Source of the DNA: Candidatus Methanoperedenaceae archaeon
GTDB taxonomy: Archaea; Halobacteriota; Methanosarcinia; Methanosarcinales; Methanoperedenaceae
Assembly (NCBI GenBank): GCA_963753595.1
Contig: CAVWCX010000034.1
Span: 32,001 to 96,000 of the forward strand
Direction of reading: 5' to 3'
Length of the DNA: 64,000 nucleotides
Part shown: positions 1 through 9,119 of the stretch, one piece after another
Position numbering within the stretch: position 1 is the stretch's first letter
How the letters are laid out: every line of letters starts with the position of its first letter
Translations under genes and position numbers: made by a program
Notes under the pieces: generated by a model
The model's input: only the letters and a program-made list of their open reading frames with translations
The model's database searches: none
Told to the model about the DNA's origin: nothing

Positions 1-1287
1 TTCGGTGAACCAATCATTATTATTAAGGATTTGAAGAAAAAATATTACTCTTATTCAAAAGGCATGATCCCTGCCGTAAATGGCGTGAACTTTGAAGTCA
101 CCGAAGGAGAAATTTTCGGTATACTGGGTATAAGCGGAGCAGGTAAAACAACACTCTCTAAGATCATAGCAGGTATTATGGAGAGAGACAGCGGTAAAGT
201 GGATGTAAGAATAGGGGATATATGGGTTGATATGACCGAGAAAGGAACAGATTTCAGGGGGCGCGCAAAACCGCATATAGGTTACTTGCATCAGGAATAT
301 TCCCTTTACCCTCACAGGAATGTATTATCTAATCTGACCGAGTCGATAGGTTTAAAATTTGAGCCTGAATTCGCAAGAAGAAAAGCGATTGCTTCATTGA
401 AAGCAGTGGGCTTTGATGAAAATACAGCACGCGATATCCTGGAGAAGACATCATATGAACTCAGTGTTGGAGAACGTCAGAGGGTGACAATGGCGCAGGT
501 TCTCATAAGAGAACCGGGGATTATTATTTTTGACGAGCCAACGGGAACAATGGACCAGATCACAAAGAACGAGGTTGCAAACTCGATCCTCACAGCAAGA
601 AAAGAAACGGGGACGACATTTGTTATAGTTTCTCATGACATGGAATTTGTCAGGAATGTTTGCGACCGCACTGCGCATATGAAGCTTGGCAAAATAACAG
701 CGATGGGAGATGCCGGTTCGGTGCTTGAAGAAATTAAGATCGAAGAAAAAGCAGACAGGGAAAAGACCAATGAAGACAGAAATAACGACCTGGAAAGATT
801 TCTTAAAAGAGCACAGCGGTGCGCAGATCTAAATGTTTTATCAGATGTTGATTTTTATGTATCAAAGGCAAAGCAGACTGCCGTAAAACTCAACACTGAT
901 ATTAGCGGTGAGCTCGAAATGCTGAAGCCAGCATATGAAAAAGGAATCTCAGAAATACTTAAAGAAGCGGAAAAATATGCATCAGAAGGGCAAATCTATG
1001 GAATGCATGTGTATATAGAAAACGCGATAAATTATGCATCTAAAGCAGGTATCGATATTTCAGGGGAGCTTGTGAAATTTATGCATGCGTATGAGGAAGG
1101 TCTCAAAGAGGCTTTGCAGGAAGCCCAAAAGCATGAAGCTGAAGGTTTCCTGGGCATGTCATATCAATATATTCATAGAGCGGGCAATTATGCAGAAAAG
1201 CTTGGAAAAAACATAGAAGATATCTTAAAATCATTACCTTGGTATGAGAAATGGACACTGACAGATATTCACATGAAATTGAGGTGA
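1..1287 (+). CDS. AtwA (methanogenesis component A2)-like ABC ATPase, 5'-truncated, with extra ~180-aa helical C-terminal domain
   Basis: Frame is open from base 1 (FGEPIIIIKDLK). Walker A GISGAGKT, LSVGERQR, FDEPTG, and the AtwA-typical insert RIGDIWVDMT...RGRAKPHIGYLHQEYSLYPHR. Confidence 0.8.
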   Translation, partial: FGEPIIIIKDLKKKYYSYSKGMIPAVNGVNFEVTEGEIFGILGISGAGKTTLSKIIAGIMERDSGKVDVRIGDIWVDMTEKGTDFRGRAKPHIGYLHQEYSLYPHRNVLSNLTESIGLKFEPEFARRKAIASLKAVGFDENTARDILEKTSYELSVGERQRVTMAQVLIREPGIIIFDEPTGTMDQITKNEVANSILTARKETGTTFVIVSHDMEFVRNVCDRTAHMKLGKITAMGDAGSVLEEIKIEEKADREKTNEDRNNDLERFLKRAQRCADLNVLSDVDFYVSKAKQTAVKLNTDISGELEMLKPAYEKGISEILKEAEKYASEGQIYGMHVYIENAINYASKAGIDISGELVKFMHAYEEGLKEALQEAQKHEAEGFLGMSYQYIHRAGNYAEKLGKNIEDILKSLPWYEKWTLTDIHMKLR

Positions 1288-1292
1288 AAAAT

Positions 1293-1460
1293 ATGTGCAT
1301 GGTCGGAGATGTGCCTGAATTCGATATAGAAAAAATAGAAATGGATTTGAAAGAATACGTTTGCCTGGATTGCGAAAATAAATTTAAGGGACTGGGGAAA
1401 AGCGTTATCTGTCCAGCCTGCAAATCCAGTAACATTGAAACGGTGAGTGCAGAGAAATGA
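1293..1460 (+). CDS. small zinc-ribbon protein (CxxC...CPxC)
   Basis: YVCLDCENKF...VICPACKSSNI; GAGGTG at 1281 precedes ATG 1293; stop overlaps the next start (ATGA). Confidence 0.75.
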   Translation: MCMVGDVPEFDIEKIEMDLKEYVCLDCENKFKGLGKSVICPACKSSNIETVSAEK

Positions 1461-1984
1461 AAGATAGTTGCTGTGAGATTGATAATGCTGCATCCCGGCA
1501 CTCCTGCTGCGATATTAAAGCGGGTGAAGATACCGCTATATGCAAAGAATGTGGCAACAAAGGGCATGCTGTTGGGGAAATAACACTGAAAAACCTTGTT
1601 AAAGAACCAGTGCTTGAAGCTATCAAGAGCCGGGATGGAATTTATTATTGTGAAACACCTACCTGCGGGGTTGTTTATTTCAATAATGAGCAACAGGCCT
1701 ATTTGCATAAAGAAGATGTGAAAGTCAGGGTTGGCATTAAAGAAACAGAAAGCTCCATCCCTGTATGTTATTGTTTTGGATGGACGCAGGAGAGGATTTT
1801 TGAACAAATTAAGCAGCAGGGAAAAAGTACTGCTGTCAAAGAAATCAGCGCCAGAGTAAAATCCGGGGAATGCGAATGCGAGAAAAAAAATCCTTCCGGA
1901 AGATGCTGCCTTGGTAATATCTATAAAGTGATTAGAATAGGAATGGAACTATACGGTAAAACCAGTAAAAAGAGTAAGCATTAA
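1457..1984 (+). CDS. CopZ N-terminal-like Zn/2Fe-2S metallochaperone (BFD-like)
   Basis: CKECG, YYCETPTCGVVYF, PVCYCFG, CECEKKNPSGRCCLG pattern, as in the A. fulgidus CopZ-NT-like family. Confidence 0.8.
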   Translation: MKDSCCEIDNAASRHSCCDIKAGEDTAICKECGNKGHAVGEITLKNLVKEPVLEAIKSRDGIYYCETPTCGVVYFNNEQQAYLHKEDVKVRVGIKETESSIPVCYCFGWTQERIFEQIKQQGKSTAVKEISARVKSGECECEKKNPSGRCCLGNIYKVIRIGMELYGKTSKKSKH

Positions 1985-2040
1985 CCACTTCATGCCACTA
2001 CATTGATAGTAAATAACAGTATCTTACCCAAAAACTATAT

Positions 2041-2056
2041 ATGAACATATGTTCAT
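2041..2056. promoter_or_regulatory. perfect palindrome ATGAACATATGTTCAT, SmtB/CzrA (ArsR-family)-like operator
   Basis: 16-bp perfect inverted repeat with TGAA-N6-TTCA core, directly after a TATATA element and 35 bp upstream of the SEC-C mini-ORF. Confidence 0.65.
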
Positions 2057-2091
2057 GTGATATAATACCTTTAATAAAAGGAGAATAAACA

Positions 2092-2202
2092 ATGAATGAG
2101 AAACCTTTTGAAAAGAAAAAGAGACCAAATCAAATTGATCCATGCCCATGCGGCTCGGGAAAGAAGTATAAGGACTGCTGTGGCAAAGTAAGCTGCTGTT
2201 AA
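2092..2202 (+). CDS. 36-aa stand-alone SEC-C motif peptide (not in ORF track)
   Basis: MNEKPFEKKKRPNQIDPCPCGSGKKYKDCCGKVSCC; exact SEC-C motif DPCPCGSGKKYKxCC; AGGAG upstream. Confidence 0.75.
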   Translation: MNEKPFEKKKRPNQIDPCPCGSGKKYKDCCGKVSCC

Positions 2203-2290
2203 AAAATGAGCTGCTGCGCTGAATGAGGCAGGTAAATCACAAATGCTATACCCCAAACATAAGATTATCAGATATTGACCCGAAAAAAGT

Positions 2291-4426
2291 TCATTTAAAC
2301 ACTGCCAGCCGCATCGCATTCACTATCACAAGTAGAGACAGGCCCATATCTCCAAATGCAACAGCCATCCACAGCGTCACAATGCCTGGAAATGCAAGAA
2401 CAGCAAAGCTTCCTTTTACTGCGATTGAAGTAAAGATGTTCTGCTTAACTATCCCAAATGTCTTTTTGCTAAGCTCAAATAAATAAGGAATCTTTGATAT
2501 ATCATCATGCATTAACGCTATATCGGCGGTCTCAAGGGCAACATCGCTGCCGATTGCTCCCATCGCAATGCCAACACTTGACTTTGCCAGCGCAGGTGCA
2601 TCGTTCACTCCGTCACCTACCATAACTACCTTACCGTATTTCTGGTTCAGTTCCTCGATCATCCTGACCTTATCTTCTGGAAGAAGATTTGAATGGTATT
2701 CATCAATCTCAAGCTTATTAGCTATCGTATTTGCAATTCTATCATTGTCTCCTGTCAGCATCACCACACGCATGTCCTTTTTCTTTAACAAGCGTATGGT
2801 TTCAGGCGCAGCGTCCCTGACTTTATCCATTATTGCAATAATTCCCATACATTCCTGGTTCCCTACAAGTATTGTTGTCTTCCCTTCCTCTTCAAGCTCC
2901 TTGACTTTTGCCTGCGAAAAAGGGATCGATAGCTCAGAAAACATCGCAGGACTGCCGATATAATAGGTCTTACCGTTTATGTTTCCTTTTAAGCCCTTGC
3001 CTGGAATCGCCTTAAATTCGCTGGCAGATTTTAAACTCATGCCACCGGATTCAGCTTTCGCAACAACTGCCCTTGCAAGAGGATGCCCGGATAACGACTC
3101 TACGGATGCGGCTATCTCCAATATTTCGTTAGCTGAATAATTATTAACCTCCATCACATCTGTCACCACAGGTCTTCCCTCTGTCAGGGTGCCTGTCTTA
3201 TCAAAAACAAAAACTTTTGCCTTCGCCATCTCCTCTATGTAATTTCCGCCTTTTATCAAGACCCCGTTCTTTGCAGCGCCTGTTATTCCCGATATCATGG
3301 ATACAGGCGTAGAAATTGCAAGGGCGCAGGGGCAGGAAATCACCAAAAGAACCAGGGCTTTATAAAGCCATTCATCAAAAGGCTTACCGAAAACAAGGCT
3401 TGGAACAACCGCCACACTCACTGCCAGGAAGATTACTGTCGGGGTATAATATCTGGCAAATTTATCCACAAATTTCTCAGTCGGGGATTTTTTCCGTTCA
3501 GCCTCCTCAACCAGCCTGACGATTTTTGAAACTACTGTATCTTCAGACCTTTTTGTGACTATTATTTCAAGATAGCCGTGTTCATTCAGCGTTCCTGCAT
3601 AGACTGAATCTCCTATCTTTTTATGGACTGGCATTGATTCTCCGGTGATAGCTGCCTGATTTACACTCGATTCCCCGCTAATCACAGTACCGTCAAGAGG
3701 TATCTTCTCACCCGGTCTGACAACTGTAATATCATTGATATTCACATCATGAACATGTACATTGACCTCTTTTCCGTCCCTTCTTACTATGGCAGTCTCA
3801 GGCGCAAGCTTAACAAGTGCCCCGATGGAGTTCCTCGCCCTTTCGCCTGCATACTCTTCTAAAAACTCGGCAATGAAAAACAGATAAAGTACAGAAGCTC
3901 CCTCTTCCCCGTAGCCAATGGAGAAAGCACCAATGGCAGCAATTGTCATCAGGAAATTCATATCAAGGCGTTTTTTAAGAAGAGAAGATATGCCCTTTTT
4001 AGCTATGCTGTATCCAGAAACTATTCCTGCGAAAAGAAAGAGAATGTGAGATAATGTTGTTGTTCCCGTTGCGTATTCTATGGAAAGCCCAAGAACCAAT
4101 AACACGGACGAAAGTGCTATAATACGTATTTTCCGTTGTTTCCAGAGAGGAAGTTTTTCCTCAAAAATATCGGTTGAACATGAGGAACAGCTTCCTTCAT
4201 GCTTTTCTTCTTCAAGAAGGGTATATCCTGCTTTTTCAATCGCTTCTCTGATTTCTGATGTGTTGGTGTGGGACGGGTCGTACTTTATCGCTGCTTTTCC
4301 AGTAATGAAATCCACGTTTATGTCAGCGATACCGTTCAGTTTCCTGATCGCATTTTCTACGTTCATACTGCAGGAAGGGCAGTCCATGCCTTTGATTTCT
4401 AATTCAAAGTCCTTTATCTCAACCAT
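2291..4426 (-). CDS. cadA: heavy-metal P1B-2 ATPase (ZntA/CadA type; Zn/Cd/Pb)
   Basis: HMA GMDCPSC, TGES, CPC, DKTGT, HP, GDGVNDAP; Lys in TM7 (AVKG) and Asp in TM8 (GDMG). Confidence 0.9.
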   Translation of the reverse strand: MVEIKDFELEIKGMDCPSCSMNVENAIRKLNGIADINVDFITGKAAIKYDPSHTNTSEIREAIEKAGYTLLEEEKHEGSCSSCSTDIFEEKLPLWKQRKIRIIALSSVLLVLGLSIEYATGTTTLSHILFLFAGIVSGYSIAKKGISSLLKKRLDMNFLMTIAAIGAFSIGYGEEGASVLYLFFIAEFLEEYAGERARNSIGALVKLAPETAIVRRDGKEVNVHVHDVNINDITVVRPGEKIPLDGTVISGESSVNQAAITGESMPVHKKIGDSVYAGTLNEHGYLEIIVTKRSEDTVVSKIVRLVEEAERKKSPTEKFVDKFARYYTPTVIFLAVSVAVVPSLVFGKPFDEWLYKALVLLVISCPCALAISTPVSMISGITGAAKNGVLIKGGNYIEEMAKAKVFVFDKTGTLTEGRPVVTDVMEVNNYSANEILEIAASVESLSGHPLARAVVAKAESGGMSLKSASEFKAIPGKGLKGNINGKTYYIGSPAMFSELSIPFSQAKVKELEEEGKTTILVGNQECMGIIAIMDKVRDAAPETIRLLKKKDMRVVMLTGDNDRIANTIANKLEIDEYHSNLLPEDKVRMIEELNQKYGKVVMVGDGVNDAPALAKSSVGIAMGAIGSDVALETADIALMHDDISKIPYLFELSKKTFGIVKQNIFTSIAVKGSFAVLAFPGIVTLWMAVAFGDMGLSLLVIVNAMRLAVFK

Positions 4427-4490
4427 GCAGACCTGTATTACATCCTTTTAAAAGTAAGTTGCTAAGAAACTGGCTGAAAGTTAATAAAAA

Positions 4491-4868
4491 TCAGACGGAA
4501 CAGCGGCAGATCACAACATCTTTTATTGCAGATATGCGCTCTACAAACTGTTTGATGCTGTCATTATCTCCCTGAAGGATTACCCACTCAGCGCACCTGT
4601 CGCCAAAATGAGTGTGGGTTGCAGATTTTACAATATTTTTAAATTCATGGATAATGTTGTGTACTGGCTGTTCTCTTTTATCGTCATAAACAATAGTCGC
4701 GATGAACGGAGTGCTGCTATCAATATGCTCTATCCACTTATTCTGGGCAACGAATCTATGAAGGGCTTCACGGACTGCATCCGAACGGCTGGAAAAGCCC
4801 ATTTTATTCGTGATATTATCGAATTCCTTCAGTTCAGAACCTGAAAGTGATATGCTTATAACTACCAT
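4491..4868 (-). CDS. nikR: NikR-like ribbon-helix-helix metalloregulator
   Basis: ISISL...FD...GFSSRSDAVREAL RHH domain; C-terminal H..HTH....C metal site. Confidence 0.75.
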   Translation of the reverse strand: MVVISISLSGSELKEFDNITNKMGFSSRSDAVREALHRFVAQNKWIEHIDSSTPFIATIVYDDKREQPVHNIIHEFKNIVKSATHTHFGDRCAEWVILQGDNDSIKQFVERISAIKDVVICRCSV

Positions 4869-4933
4869 GGAATACTCAGTAGCACTTGATTAACTTATAC
4901 TTTTGTAAACGTCTTAATATTTACATTTTAATT

Positions 4934-4949
4934 TGTTATAAACATAACA
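4934..4949. promoter_or_regulatory. inverted repeat TGTTAT-N4-ATAACA in the divergent nikR/chrB promoter
   Basis: 6-bp arms next to TTTAAATA; AT-rich, so it may be chance. Confidence 0.35.
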
Positions 4950-4979
4950 TTTAAATATAAAACAATTGTTCTATGATAT

Positions 4980-5516
4980 ATGAAATGGATATTACTGATA
5001 ATCAAATCAATAAATGTTTCATCAAGGGACAGGATGTTCATCTGGAGGAATATTAAGAATACCGGTGCAGTTTCATTATCCCATTCTGTTTATTTATTAC
5101 AGGATTCGGAAGATAATAGGGCTACAGCATCGAATATTTCCAGGATAGTGCATGAGAGAAAGGGCGAAGTAATACAATTTTTTGCGGATGCTTTTAATAA
5201 AGAGCAGGAACAAAAACTGAATAAACTGATCGCGGAAGAAATTGTATCAGAGATTAAGGGATTTTCTAACGAATGTGAAGACTTTATTGCAGATGTAACC
5301 AAAAGAATTTCAAATAAAAAATTCAAGGTCTTTGAATTGGAAGAATTGAATGAAGACCTCCATAAGCTTGATAAGTGGAGAATAAAGCTTGTCCAGAAGC
5401 ATAAACTTGATCCGGATAAAATCGAAATTTTAAGTAATGAAATAAGAGGATGTAAAGAAAAATTAAATGAATTCGAAGAGAAAGTCCTCCAAAAAAGCGA
5501 CATTATAGGTCAGTAG
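4980..5516 (+). CDS. ChrB N-terminal-like domain protein
   Basis: MKWILLI...SSRDRMFIWRNIKNTGAVSLSHSVYLL resembles ChrB_N, followed by a helical region with FxxEELxEDLxKLxKW. Confidence 0.7.
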   Translation: MKWILLIIKSINVSSRDRMFIWRNIKNTGAVSLSHSVYLLQDSEDNRATASNISRIVHERKGEVIQFFADAFNKEQEQKLNKLIAEEIVSEIKGFSNECEDFIADVTKRISNKKFKVFELEELNEDLHKLDKWRIKLVQKHKLDPDKIEILSNEIRGCKEKLNEFEEKVLQKSDIIGQ

Positions 5517-5523
5517 ACAGTTT

Positions 5524-6456
5524 ATGCTCTATGATTCTTTTTATCTGTCACTTGATTACCTTTTTACCATAATTCCGGTAATGGTGATAGGAGTTGTAGC
5601 AGCCGAATTTTTAGTAGAGATAGGCTGGGTTCACAAAATAGGTTTTATAGTTTCACCAATGACCAGGTTTGCACACCTGCGCGAGGAATGCAGCATAAGT
5701 TTCATCACCGCATTCGGCTCTCCGGCGGCTTCTAATTCGATGATCAAAAAATTATATGATGATGGATTGGTTGAAAGAAAAGAAGTGATAGTAGCCTCCC
5801 TTATAAATTCATTTCCATCCATTATAATGCACTGGAGAACGCTATTGCCTGTTTTTATTCCTATTCTTGGTATGGCAGGTATGATATACCTTGGAATACT
5901 GACGGCTGTCGGGCTTTTAAGAACGTTCATCACTCTTTTGATAGGACATTTTTTACTGGATGAAAAGCAGTATGGCCTGAATAATAATGTTCATCAGCCT
6001 GCTTCATTTTTAAATGCGTTTAGAACCAGTATAAAAAAATCTAAAAATACGATATTCAGGATCACCACCACGACTATCCCGGTCACAGTACTTGTTTTTG
6101 CTTTGATCGACGCAGGATTTTTTGATGTACTGGCTGCTTTTTTAAAAGAGCATGCCGTTTTTGTACCTGTGCCGGGTGAAGCGCTTCCGATAATAGCTGC
6201 ACAATTTACAGCCAACATTGCAGCTTATACCATAGCCGGGAACCTGTTATCAGCAGGTATTCTTAACACCAGAGAAATAGTGCTATCCTTACTGATTGGA
6301 AAGATTCTTTCAAGCATTGTGAGTATAAGATTCCTTATTCCGTATTATGTGGGAATATTCGGTTCAAAGCTCGGGACACAGATAATGATATACTCTACAC
6401 TACTAAGAGAAGGCATCCTGGTCGTTGCCACTGTTATTCTGGCGCTTTCCTGGTGA
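5524..6456 (+). CDS. nucleoside-recognition (Gate) domain membrane protein
   Basis: Multi-TM; SFITAFGSPAASNSM and LINSFP motifs. Confidence 0.65.
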   Translation: MLYDSFYLSLDYLFTIIPVMVIGVVAAEFLVEIGWVHKIGFIVSPMTRFAHLREECSISFITAFGSPAASNSMIKKLYDDGLVERKEVIVASLINSFPSIIMHWRTLLPVFIPILGMAGMIYLGILTAVGLLRTFITLLIGHFLLDEKQYGLNNNVHQPASFLNAFRTSIKKSKNTIFRITTTTIPVTVLVFALIDAGFFDVLAAFLKEHAVFVPVPGEALPIIAAQFTANIAAYTIAGNLLSAGILNTREIVLSLLIGKILSSIVSIRFLIPYYVGIFGSKLGTQIMIYSTLLREGILVVATVILALSW

Positions 6457-6462
6457 TTGTTA

Positions 6463-6476
6463 TTCGGTTAACCGAA
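6463..6476. promoter_or_regulatory. DtxR/SirR-like box 1 (TTCGGTTAACCGAA)
   Basis: Perfect 14-bp palindrome upstream of the iron-uptake operon; similar to the SirR/MntR box TTAGGTTAACCTAA. Confidence 0.7.
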
Positions 6477-6508
6477 ATATTTAATAACTACTATTGCATT
6501 ATAAAACA

Positions 6509-6522
6509 TTAGGTAACCCTAA
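6509..6522. promoter_or_regulatory. DtxR/SirR-like box 2 (TTAGGTAACCCTAA)
   Basis: Near-palindrome 13 bp before the FTR1 ATG. Confidence 0.7.
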
Positions 6523-6535
6523 TAAAGGTGAGATA

Positions 6536-7837
6536 ATGTTTGAAACACTGACAATTACTTTAAGAGAAGGAATAGAAGCGGCGCTTGTAATTGGTATAAT
6601 ACTTGCATACCTTGGCAAGACCAATAAAAAGGCGCTGAAGAAATATGTATATGCAGGAATTATTGCAGCAGTAGCAGGAAGCGTCGCAACCGCCATTGCA
6701 ATACAGATGCTCCTGGCAGAATGGAGCGAGTTCATGGAGGGCTTGATGTTCTTCATAGCGGCATTCTTCCTTGCAACAATGCTTGTATGGATGCACCGTA
6801 CTTCGAAACACATCAGGCAGGATGTAGAGCAGGGCATTGAAAGTGCCTTCGATAAATCGCAGGCGCTCGGAGTCCTGGCGCTTACATTCTTCATGATATA
6901 CAGGGAAGGCGCAGAAATAGTATTGTTCCTGTCTGCAACAGCAAAAGAAGCAAGTGCTGCTACTGCGCTTGAGGGCGCCACAGGTCTGGCATTGGCTGTG
7001 CTATTTGGTTATCTGTTCATCAAAGGCAGCCTCAAGATGGACCTTGGGAAGTTCTTCAAGATAACAGGCGCGATGCTTGCCGTAATAATCTTCCAATTGA
7101 TAATCGGCGGTATCCATGAGTGGTCGGAAGTAGGAATTATAAACCTGAGCCAGACCGGAATGAGTATAATAGGTCCCCTGGTGAAGGAGTCGGCATCCAT
7201 TCTATTCACAGGAATAATGCTTGGTTTCCTTGTGCTGTTATTTGTGATGGTACCGTGGAAGCAGATTAAAATTGAGGGTATTGAAGGCATTGAAAAAAGA
7301 AAAGCGCTCGGTGCCATGCGTAAAGAGAAAAACAGGAAAATCACAGTGGGCATAGTAGCAGCATTTTTAATATTTGCTTTCGTGAGCGCCCAGATATCGG
7401 CGCTGCCGGCTGGAGTAGACCCAAAGCCTGAAAAAGTGAGCACAGCAGGAGGCGTGATAAAGATCCCCGCAGCAAGCGCATCTGACGGAAATTTGCATAA
7501 ATACGTTTGTGACATGCAGCACGCTGCGGGTGAAGCCTGCCCAATGCATGGAAGTTCAGGCGAAGCCAATGTGAGGATTTTAGCAATTACAAAAAGCGAT
7601 GGAAGCGCTGCCGTAGCTTATGATGCCTGCGCCCTGTGCGGTGCAGCAGGATATGTGCAGGAGGGAGAGCAGCTCATATGCAAGCGATGCGGGGCGCCGA
7701 TTAACCCTGATACTATTGGGGAAACAGGGGGATGCAACCCCATACCCCTTAAATATACAACTGCTGGCAATGAGATCGTAATAAAAACAGACGATGCCGG
7801 AGAAAGAGCCGACCTGTTCAAAGACTCCCGTATTTAA
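6536..7837 (+). CDS. FTR1 iron permease fused to DUF2318 Fe-S/Cys domain
   Basis: Two REGxE motifs (LREGIEA, YREGAEI); C-terminal DACALCG..GY.Q.G..LICKRC...GGCNPIP. Confidence 0.88.
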   Translation: MFETLTITLREGIEAALVIGIILAYLGKTNKKALKKYVYAGIIAAVAGSVATAIAIQMLLAEWSEFMEGLMFFIAAFFLATMLVWMHRTSKHIRQDVEQGIESAFDKSQALGVLALTFFMIYREGAEIVLFLSATAKEASAATALEGATGLALAVLFGYLFIKGSLKMDLGKFFKITGAMLAVIIFQLIIGGIHEWSEVGIINLSQTGMSIIGPLVKESASILFTGIMLGFLVLLFVMVPWKQIKIEGIEGIEKRKALGAMRKEKNRKITVGIVAAFLIFAFVSAQISALPAGVDPKPEKVSTAGGVIKIPAASASDGNLHKYVCDMQHAAGEACPMHGSSGEANVRILAITKSDGSAAVAYDACALCGAAGYVQEGEQLICKRCGAPINPDTIGETGGCNPIPLKYTTAGNEIVIKTDDAGERADLFKDSRI

Positions 7838-7853
7838 ATTAGGTGAGTAATAT

Positions 7854-9119
7854 ATGTTCTCTCGTCTGCTCTTTTCGGCAATCCAGCGAAGAAAGCTAAG
7901 AATTGCCCTGGCAGTACTCGCTGTAGTAATGGGCGCATCCATTGCCTCAAGCCTTCTTACAGTATCATTTGACATCAATGATAAAATGGGAAGGGAGTTA
8001 AAAAGCTACGGCGCGAACATTCTTTTGCAGCCTTCATCCGAAGGCGCTTTCATAAATGAGAGCGAACTCTCCAAAATGAAAACAATCTTCTGGAGGCACA
8101 ATATAATAGGATATTCTCCCTACCTCAGCGACACTGTAAAAATAAAAAACACGGAAATAGTACTGAGCGGCACCTATTTTGACGAGGAGATCAGGATACC
8201 AGGGCTCAATAAGACATTTATCGGGAACAGGAAAGCACAAGAGAAAGAGGCAACTATCAGGACAGGGGTAAAGACAATAGCGCCCTGGTGGAAGGTGGAT
8301 GGGGAATGGCCTGCGCCGAAGGAAAAGCTTGTTGGGGACGCGCTTGTTGGTATCATTGCCGCTGAAAAGTCAGGGCTAAAGCAAGGAGATATTTTCAGGG
8401 CAGAGTTCGGCAGTAATAATTGGACTTTCAAAGTATCGGGTATCCTCTCCACTGGCGGGGATGAGGATGAGCAGGTGATAGTATCCCTCAGGGATGCACA
8501 GGTGCTTTTCGGGAAGCAGGGCATAGTTGACCGGGTGGTGGTCAGTGCATTAACTAAACCTGAGCCTGTGGAGGAGATAGACCCGTCCACCCTTTTGCCT
8601 GATGAATATGAAACCTGGTACTGCACTCCGTATATTTCCTCCATAATGCTCCAGATCGAAGAGGTAGTGCCCGATGCAAGCGCCAGGCCCATCAGGCAGG
8701 TTGCGGACAACGAAGGAAAACTGCTTAAGAAATTTGAATGGCTTATGTTCCTGATCACAGGAATAGCTATGACCACATCAGCTCTCGGGGTCGCAGCCGC
8801 CATGAATACCTCGATTTTCGAAAGGAAAAAAGAGATAGGGTTGATGAAAGCGATAGGTGCCGATGGAAACCAGATCGCCGGTCTTTTCTTTGCAGAGGCG
8901 GCTGTTACCGGCATCATAGGCGGGGCAATTGGAATTCTTATTGGCGTTGCACTGGCCAGGATGGTAGGCATGTGGGTATTCGGCGCTATCATAAATCCCT
9001 CCCTTTTCCCTGTATTGATCTCAGGGATACTATCGCTGGCAATTGCTCTTCTTGGCAGCATGCTGCCGGTGAAAAAAGCTGTTGAAATAGAACCATCCAT
9101 CATACTCAGGGGTGATTAA
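7854..9119 (+). CDS. ABC permease (FtsX/MacB type) of FTR1-associated system
   Basis: ELKSYGANI, WYCTPYISSI, ERKKEIGLMKAIGA. Confidence 0.88.
   Translation: MFSRLLFSAIQRRKLRIALAVLAVVMGASIASSLLTVSFDINDKMGRELKSYGANILLQPSSEGAFINESELSKMKTIFWRHNIIGYSPYLSDTVKIKNTEIVLSGTYFDEEIRIPGLNKTFIGNRKAQEKEATIRTGVKTIAPWWKVDGEWPAPKEKLVGDALVGIIAAEKSGLKQGDIFRAEFGSNNWTFKVSGILSTGGDEDEQVIVSLRDAQVLFGKQGIVDRVVVSALTKPEPVEEIDPSTLLPDEYETWYCTPYISSIMLQIEEVVPDASARPIRQVADNEGKLLKKFEWLMFLITGIAMTTSALGVAAAMNTSIFERKKEIGLMKAIGADGNQIAGLFFAEAAVTGIIGGAIGILIGVALARMVGMWVFGAIINPSLFPVLISGILSLAIALLGSMLPVKKAVEIEPSIILRGD

Noticed and set aside
4904-4925. TGTAAA-N10-TTTACA as another copy of the regulon motif
   Set aside because: Half-sites are in the opposite order and the spacing differs.
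8174-9103. Long antisense ORFs (this one, 1103..1807, 7009..7569, 59270..59923 and similar)
   Set aside because: Shadows of well-supported genes on the opposite strand, with no motifs.
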